Origin: Octopus bimaculoides
Taxonomy: Eukaryota
NCBI RefSeq assembly: GCF_001194135.2
Contig: NC_068983.1
Span: 135,028,049 to 135,092,048, forward strand
Direction: 5' to 3'
DNA length: 64,000 nucleotides
The position numbers and the translations under genes are program-made. A model generated the notes under the pieces. The model did no database searches, was not told the origin of the DNA, and saw nothing but the letters and a program-made list of their open reading frames with translations. Of the stretch, positions 56,701 to 64,000 are shown piece after piece; the first letter of the stretch is position 1; every line of letters starts with the position of its first letter.

Positions 56701-59700
56701 CAATGCCTGTAGTCTTCAATCCAATTTTCGTTTATGTACAAAATTTGCAGTTGTAATTAATTTTAAAAAATTGAATCAGTCTTTCATATTTTCCAGATAT
56801 ATAGAGTAAAATGTTAATTTTTTACATTATTGAATAACCTATTGTTTTATTCAGGTACTCAATTTTTTTTACAAAACTTAAATCAACGACAGAGCCTCAA
56901 TGAGATCGGTCGACATCTCTGACGTCTTAAAAACAAATAGTAAAGTATACTTTGAAAAAGAAATTGACGGCATGGTTACAGATGGAACGCTGCTGGTTAA
57001 CTGTTCGATCAGGCCTGACCTGAGGTTAGGTAACACATCAAGGTTGAAAAGTTAAAAGGAAAGTGAACAATCAAGTTTACACTCATATTAAAATGGCTAC
57101 AAACGAAAAATTGGCACTACGAACTAATAACTAGGAAACAATAAAAGGAAAAACAAAACTAATTTTTTAAAGACCTGATTATACAATATTTGACAACCGA
57201 GTACAGTCCGAACGTTAATTGCAAAGAGACAACGAAGTCACGTTGGGACTGTCTTAAGCACTTTCACTTTAGTTACAGGCAAGTTTTACACCTGACCTAC
57301 ACCTCAAAAGCAGAATTAATGTTCTGTCGACAATGAATCACCATTACAAAAACGAAAGTATACAAATATGATATTCCTAACTTATATCACTATGTATGTT
57401 GCAGTGAAAAGTCAAATTAATGGGACCACTTAAATAAACCCATGAAAAAAGTTACCAGGACGGACACACACACAAATGTTTTAAGATATTGAATACAACG
57501 AATGTTTCACTTAAGTATAATGCTATTCGTTAAATAAGTTGTGCTGCCATAATGTCAGTTTAAAACCCATTAAAATAAATACATTATACTCTTTTACTTG
57601 TTTCAGGTATTTGACTGCGGCCATGCTGGAGCACCGCCTTTAGTCGAACAAATCTATCCCTGGACTTATTCTTTGTAAGCCTGGTGCTTATTCTATTAGT
57701 CTCTTGCCGAACCGCTAAGTTACGGGGACGTAAACACAGACACACAAACATATACACACACACATACACATATATGACGGGCTTCTTTCAGTTTCCGTCT
57801 ACCAAATCCACTCAGAATTCTTTGGTCGGCCCGAGGCTATAGTAGAAGACACTTGCCCAAGGCGCAACGCAGTGGGATTGAACCCGGAACCATGTGGTTG
57901 GTAAGCAAGCTACTTACCACACAGCCACTCCTGCGCCTATACATTATGGTAGCGATTTATTTTTTTCTTTTCTCATGCACATAGTAAATACATTTAATCT
58001 TGTCAGATTGTCTCAACATTAAGACATACATCGATAACGTTTGGTTCCTGGAGAGAAAAAAACTGACAAACACATTACACAAACCAGGAGAGATGGAGTT
58101 TCATCAGAAGTAAATATGGTGTCAAAACATGGAAATTTCACTCTTACCAAACAAGAGTTTACTCGTCTTGTTTCCACCAAATTATCTAGGTCACGTTGAT
58201 TTAATATGTATTCAGAGAGCAAAAAGGAATTGTTTTTTTCAATTGTGTCAAAAACATCGGTTTGTAGGATTCAAAAGAATGGAAGCTAATTTTACGTCAT
58301 TTACAGGATAAATTTGAAACTTTGAACAATGGGTCACTGAAATGTATGTATAAAGAACTAAAGGCGATTACTTCTCAGACATCACTTAATCACTCGACTG
58401 TGACAACAAAAGTGAAAGTGATGTCCTATTTTAGTATAGGACATAACTTTCGACAAAACAAATATATTTTAAACGTATTTCTTTTAAATTGATATTTGAT
58501 TTTAAGGTCCGTTAATAAATCAGTTTGAAATCCCGATTAGGAAACCTTAAAACCTTTCTGAGAAATACACCCAGATTATTTTTTTTTAATTGTCCAAAAT
58601 ATTACCTAAAAATAAGATGGGTAAAACATGAGCCTAGCCAATGATCTGGTTTCAATTCTGCTTGGACGCCATTTCGCTTCATTGTTATTCATTCACCCCG
58701 AGATAGCCGCTGTGTGGAGTCTACGTGAGCTAAAAATAGCAGCCAAATTTACCTCAAATCTCACTCCATCATGTAAGAAAAGGACACAATGGATATGACC
58801 CCCAGTTCCCTGCATACTGGAAAGGTAATGGGATGTTCGTAAGTGGAATGCATTTGATCAAAGGTTTAATTGATCAAGGCTGACCTAGTGTTAAACAACT
58901 AATGTCATGAGGAAAAGAACGACAGTCACAACCTCCACACTTCTTCTTCCATGATAGAGCTATTTCTCTTTTCAACTGCCAGCTTAACGCTCCATGCAAC
59001 TTGAATGTGTCATATACTATCTACTAACATACATGAAATGGCAATTTTAAAAGGACACTAATGAGCAATAAAGCGGTTATAGATTAAAGTTATCCGTTTG
59101 GCAGTATATATTCGCTGAACGTAAATCCCACAACAAAAATACAAGATAAATAGGTATACGAGGCCCATAAGGTTTCAGTCGAATTTTTTTTTTTTTAATC
59201 AATAATTTCGAAATAGGGAAAAATGGTCATTAAATGTGAAATCAGTTTCGTTACACGGGGATTTAGTTATAATAAAAATTAGTTCTGATGAGGGGTAAGG
59301 CCACCAATTCCGGGTGATTAGTCGATTAAATCGACCTTAGTACTAAGTTATCGACCCCATACAGACGAAAAGCTAAGTTGACCTTGAAGGGATTTAACAA
59401 TATTAATAAATTATTTTTTGACAGAGGAACAAAGAGAGCAGTTTTGAGATGAGGGGCAAGTTGATATCATCGACCCAATAGTAGACTGAAATTTTATCGA
59501 CCCTGGTGAGAAAAATATTGGCGAGTAGGAATTGAACTCAAAACAAAGAACCGTCGTAAATTACCGATTCCGCTGCTCTTTTTTTAAAATTTTTTTTTAT
59601 AATAACGATTTTTATTTTCCAGAGGTGTCGGATAATATTATAAATAAACAATGGGCAAAGAATATTCTAAAGAAAAAGAATACGAGAATGGCAAATAAAT

Positions 59701-60923
59701 CTGTCGAAGTAAGATAAAAATCATAGCCATGTTGACTGACAGATTGAAAATTAAGGTCATTATCATCTTTCAGGCTGACAGAGAATGAATTAAAATAGCA
59801 GTTTTAACAGAGGCAAATTCAGGTGAAGGAGATGAGAGAAAAAGGGTGCTAGTCGAAAGAGAGGAGATAGAAGCAGGAAACTAGCAGCTATTGTTTAGAT
59901 TTATTGATGAGAGAGAAATATTTCAACTATTTATCAGCGTTCAAGAACCTTTAATAGCAGAATGAATGGAAAATGAGAGAGGAATGCTATTGAAGAAAGA
60001 AAGCAGAGATTTTGGATCGATTTTAAAATGCATTCACATTACTGATAGATTTGAGTGTAAGTCAGTTGATAAATATTGTTAGTGAGGAAAGTACACAGAT
60101 TAATGACTACCGTTAGTGTCATGATAACAGGATTTCTCTCTTGTTAGCCGACCACCCAGACTACTAAAGAACAGCGTTGATAGTTGAAACTGACACTAAA
60201 TAGTTTCACAATGAAATAACGGAAAGATTCATTTCTTCTATGTTATAGTAACACATTGATGAACAAAATAATTAAATTTTATACGAGAAAAAAAAAAGTC
60301 GAAATAATATAATATTTAGTAGTGACAATCAGCAATATTGAAATTCCTGTTAGCTAAGTTTTATTTCACAAAACAGTGAGTATATTATCTATTGAGGGTC
60401 AGCGGTAAACGTCAAATTTGGTATATATGTACATGTATGTGTGTATATGAGTATTCAAATGCAGCTGTCATTATTTAAATCACACTTTTACAGCATTCAA
60501 TATGTGTGTGTGTAGATTGGATGCTATATTAGCGTATGATTTAAATAAGCTATTTAAAACGGGTGCAATAGTAAAATTACCTATATTTCTTATGAAAGAA
60601 GGCATATCCTTTTAATATTTCAATTATATTTTATTTAAATGATAAATATAAAATGACAATTGTAAAAGAATAACTATCACAACTTCTCAGAACCCATTAA
60701 TAAATTTTAGACACCTTAAATGCATGTGAAAAAAAATGATATAATATCAATTTATTAAACATTTTCTTAGCTTACCAGAACGAATACAATCTGCCAAAGT
60801 GCCTCCGAATTTAGTTTTCTTGTTCTTCAGTTTTTCATACCTGGCTGGTGTTAAATGTTTTTTCAAAAGAGATTTACTATCAGCCTTTTTCAAAGTCTCC
60901 CACAATTCTTTAAGGTCAGACAT
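50631..60923 (-). CDS. AK: Arginine kinase (phosphagen kinase), 6 coding exons, 1047 nt, 348 aa
   Basis: The spliced ORF is intact. It contains DSGVGIY (guanidino-specificity loop), [24 protein letters not shown] and NKRRMGLTE. Splice phases are 1,0,2,0,1 and all agree. Confidence 0.97.
50881..51061 (-). CDS. AK: AK coding exon 5 ([11 protein letters not shown]...[16 protein letters not shown]...LQAR-G)
   Basis: Acceptor ttcaag; donor gtaaaa; catalytic Cys motif CPSNLGT. Confidence 0.96.
52428..52593 (-). CDS. AK: AK coding exon 4 ([16 protein letters not shown]...[17 protein letters not shown]...RLVN)
   Basis: Translated by hand (not in the ORF track); acceptor tttcag; donor gtaagt; NEEDH motif. 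Confidence 0.96.
54273..54421 (-). CDS. AK: AK coding exon 3 (DRVKMEQ...[11 protein letters not shown])
   Basis: Acceptor caatag; donor gttagt. Confidence 0.96.
54833..55092 (-). CDS. AK: AK coding exon 2 ([16 protein letters not shown]...[22 protein letters not shown])
   Basis: Acceptor ttctag; donor gtatat. Confidence 0.96.
57586..57939 (-). mobile_element. Near full-length family-1 SINE in AK intron 1
   Basis: Matches 11373-11762. Confidence 0.85.
60776..60923 (-). CDS. AK: AK coding exon 1 ([50 protein letters not shown])
   Basis: SLLKKHL and TLADCIRSG motifs; donor G|gtaagc. Confidence 0.93.
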
Positions 60924-61034
60924 ATTCTTAGATTGTGAGCAAAAAAAAGCAGCTGTGTAAGGCAGAAAGTGGTTGTATCTGGACAACCGATAGCTACAGA
61001 TAGATTTGACTAACTGTAAGAAGGTGCGACAGTG

Positions 61035-61093
61035 GACTGCACTCAACAAAGCCAGGCTTTTATACCCCATTAACTGGGCTTCACTGTGATTGG
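61035..61093 (-). promoter_or_regulatory. Candidate AK core promoter: CCAAT (61093-61089), TATAAAA (61064-61058), Inr-like GCAGTC (A at 61038)
   Basis: The motifs are in canonical order and spacing on the minus strand, about 115 nt upstream of the AK ATG. Confidence 0.65.
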
Positions 61094-61955
61094 TTGATTC
61101 TTGTGTCATGCACACATCATGCACGTTCTATCAATGCTTCGTTTGGGAAACGGTAGATACGATTTCAACGTCTTGTGTAGTTTGATTTTTAGCAACGCTC
61201 TGTGTGTATATGTCTATATATATTATATTTAATTATATTATATTATATGTATATATTCTCTGTGCACACCCACATACGTCTACGTATGTATTTACTGGTT
61301 AAGTTAAAGGATGAAGGGCAGCACCAATGACCTTTTTCAGGTTTCCCCCTATAAACTAATGAAAAATTAAGAAAAAAGTTATTTGCAGATAAAAAAAAAA
61401 ACCTGGTTCGAATGCTTGTAATATGAAGTGGAGTCCACTAACGACACTAAATGAACTGGTATTAAAGGGAGTGGGTTCTTAATACTAGAAAAGATCACCC
61501 CCTCCCAGGCAGTTTGCATCTAACATTTTACCTGCGAAGTTATGTGTGTGTATGAGATTTATATATAACACACACACACACACACACTCACATACACACA
61601 CAGAGGCAAACTACTGAACTATATATATTTACAGATACCCATATATGTATATCCATGTATATCTATTTCCATACATGTATATGCCAAAGCATTTCAGTTT
61701 TCAGATTTACGCATTTAATTGAAAATATAGGGTTAACAATAATTATATCTAAGTAGATATTGTGTATAGAAATGATTGCATTTTTATTGCATATTTACAT
61801 TTAAATGTGTGTTTGTGTATGTATAATACATAAAAATATATATTCGCATACAATAAATATAAATATATGCATACATTACATACGATATATTTGCATTCTA
61901 AATACAGATACACATACTTTAAACAGGTATGTATTTGAAAACTATGCTTGTGTAT

Positions 61956-61993
<38 letters not shown>

Positions 61994-62494
61994 ACATTGA
62001 AATTAAATAGTATTTGGATCTCTCTATTCATCTATCTATACAAGCACATATGTATACACATAACACACACACGTATCTATACATGTGTGTGTGTGTATAG
62101 CTATATATGTATGTATATATTATATATAGTACTTATATGTAAGTAGCTTTTATAGTCTTTCCCTTTCCATTCTCGCATTCCATTTATTTTCTCTCCATTT
62201 GCAGTATCTTAAAATTATATTTAATGCTGTTGTTTAACAGAATAAGCATCTTCTTTAATACATCTCTTGATTTATTTTTGTTTGTTTTTTTTTTTTTTCC
62301 TGTCTCGCTCAGCTCTGTGCTTTATATCACCTATATCTTATACATTTCCCTTGTTTACTTTCACTTTCTGTAAAGCGGTACGGAAGGACTACACAAAACA
62401 TTTTATGATACATACATGTGTGTGTGTGTCTGTGCGTTCTTAAACAAGAATATTATAGTGCCTTCGAAGTTTCGACCAGTTAAACCATATTACA

Positions 62495-62563
62495 TGTATG
62501 TATGTATGTATGTATGTATGTATGTATGTATGTATGTATGTATGTATGTATGTATGTATGTAT
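62495..62563. repeat. (ATGT)n microsatellite
   Basis: Read directly from the sequence. Confidence 0.95.
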
Positions 62564-62915
62564 GCACACACAATAGCCTCGATATCTGCTCTCTTAGAAG
62601 TATGTGTCTATCAAGCTAAGATTTTTTTTTAATACAAATAACAGAACCAAAAAGCTCTAATAGGTTTTACTGAAAATTCCTTTGAAAAAGACTCTTGCAA
62701 TATTTGTATACATTCTGACTCTTAGAAAGACTTCTTACCACATCCCTGTCTAAATATATCAGGAAGATAAAACCACTAGTTCCATTGAAAAACATGTACC
62801 CCACCTATATTAACTGCACTAGAAGGTGTCACTTGTCACTCAGACAAGCGTAACTGGTTTTTGGAATTGTCAACAGGATAATTTCAAACTACCAATTGGC
62901 TAAAATAATTTATTA

Positions 62916-62917
<2 letters not shown>

Positions 62918-62963
<46 letters not shown>
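62918..62963. repeat. (GA)n microsatellite
   Basis: Read directly from the sequence. Confidence 0.95.
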
Positions 62964-62966
<3 letters not shown>

Positions 62967-64000
62967 GCTATACCCTGAAAAATTGTCATACAAGAAAACA
63001 AAAAGCATTTAGCATTAAAAGCAGAAACTTTATTAATGAGCCATGTTTCTTGATTTTATGTGTTTTACACAAATGATACTGAAAGACAGGAATATGTCAC
63101 GTGTTTTTTGCATTGGGATAGATGACTAAATAAATATTATGCATATAACGATTGTGTAAATAATTTTTTATTTGTTTGTCGGCAATCAATCAAATCTTGT
63201 TTTACCATATATTCTTATATGTTTAGGAATATGTTTGCTTATATGTTGTCACGCTGCTTCTCTAGACTCCTTCGATTAATTAGCAACGCAAAACAGTCAT
63301 AATTTAAGAGGTTTCGGCTTCTAATAAAATATAGACTCATTACTATATGAACTGAGTACTTTTTCTTTGTAAATAAAAGTTTGCCAATGCATATACCTGT
63401 GTGTATGTATATGTGAACGTGTGTGTGTGTGTGTGTGCGCGCGCGCGCGCCTGGTGTGATATCTTATTTTTTCCGTAATATACAACTAGCAAAGAAAACA
63501 GGAAGAAGCACACGCATATAAGACAAATACACATTCACAAGCAGGTTCATATGTATGTATGTGCGTCCTTGTCCAGTTGTGTTGTTAGCATGTAACTGAC
63601 AGTTTATCGAAGTACCTTACATAATCAAATTACATACATTAATACGCATGCCAAATATCGATTTTTGGAATTAGTTCTGTGGGCAGAATTGGTTTTGTCA
63701 ATGTCATCGACACATCATTATTTGACCGACACCAAAATGTTTTTAAAAAGAATACAAGACGAAAGAAATGAGATTTCAGTTCACAGCTGAGCGGGACGAG
63801 GCTTGTGAAGGTCAAACGACTTTTTAGCCAGATTAATTACATTCCCTACACATGTACAAGCCATATATATATATACAGTTGGCTTACATAGTTTGTGTAT
63901 GTGTGTGCGCGGGCATATACTCATAAATATATGTGTAAGGGTATATACGCACACACACACACATTGATATATGCACGTGTGAGTAGCCTTTAAAAATGAT

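Noticed and set aside
58150-58185. Minus-strand FGG codons followed by G|GTAAG, considered as a second AK exon 1
   Set aside because: In-frame stops lie immediately upstream, and the TLADCIRS motif is absent

Overview
AT-rich, repeat-dense eukaryotic DNA, most likely from an octopus or other coleoid cephalopod. This is inferred from the arginine kinase sequence and the SINE/RTE repeats. The window holds two convergent intron-containing genes. (1) GDAP2 (macrodomain plus CRAL-TRIO/BCH) on +, 3885-36019: 12 coding exons are traced with consistent splice phases, and one required exon is missing, probably inside an N gap. (2) Arginine kinase on -, 60923-50631: 6 coding exons, 348 aa, with all expected catalytic motifs. 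The rest is introns and intergenic DNA with tRNA-derived SINEs, LINE remnants (RTE, CR1-like, R4-like), two LTR remnants with primer-binding sites, mariner/Tc1/hAT/Tigger relics, a fold-back element and microsatellites. No rRNA, true tRNA or CRISPR array is supported, and I found no clearly new multi-gene system. The best leads are at the 5' end of arginine kinase. A stop-free, acid-free, presequence-like extension runs in frame through the core promoter, and the first exon looks more divergent than the rest of the gene, hinting at alternative first exons or a mitochondrial isoform. Several intronic inverted repeats are candidate ADAR substrates.
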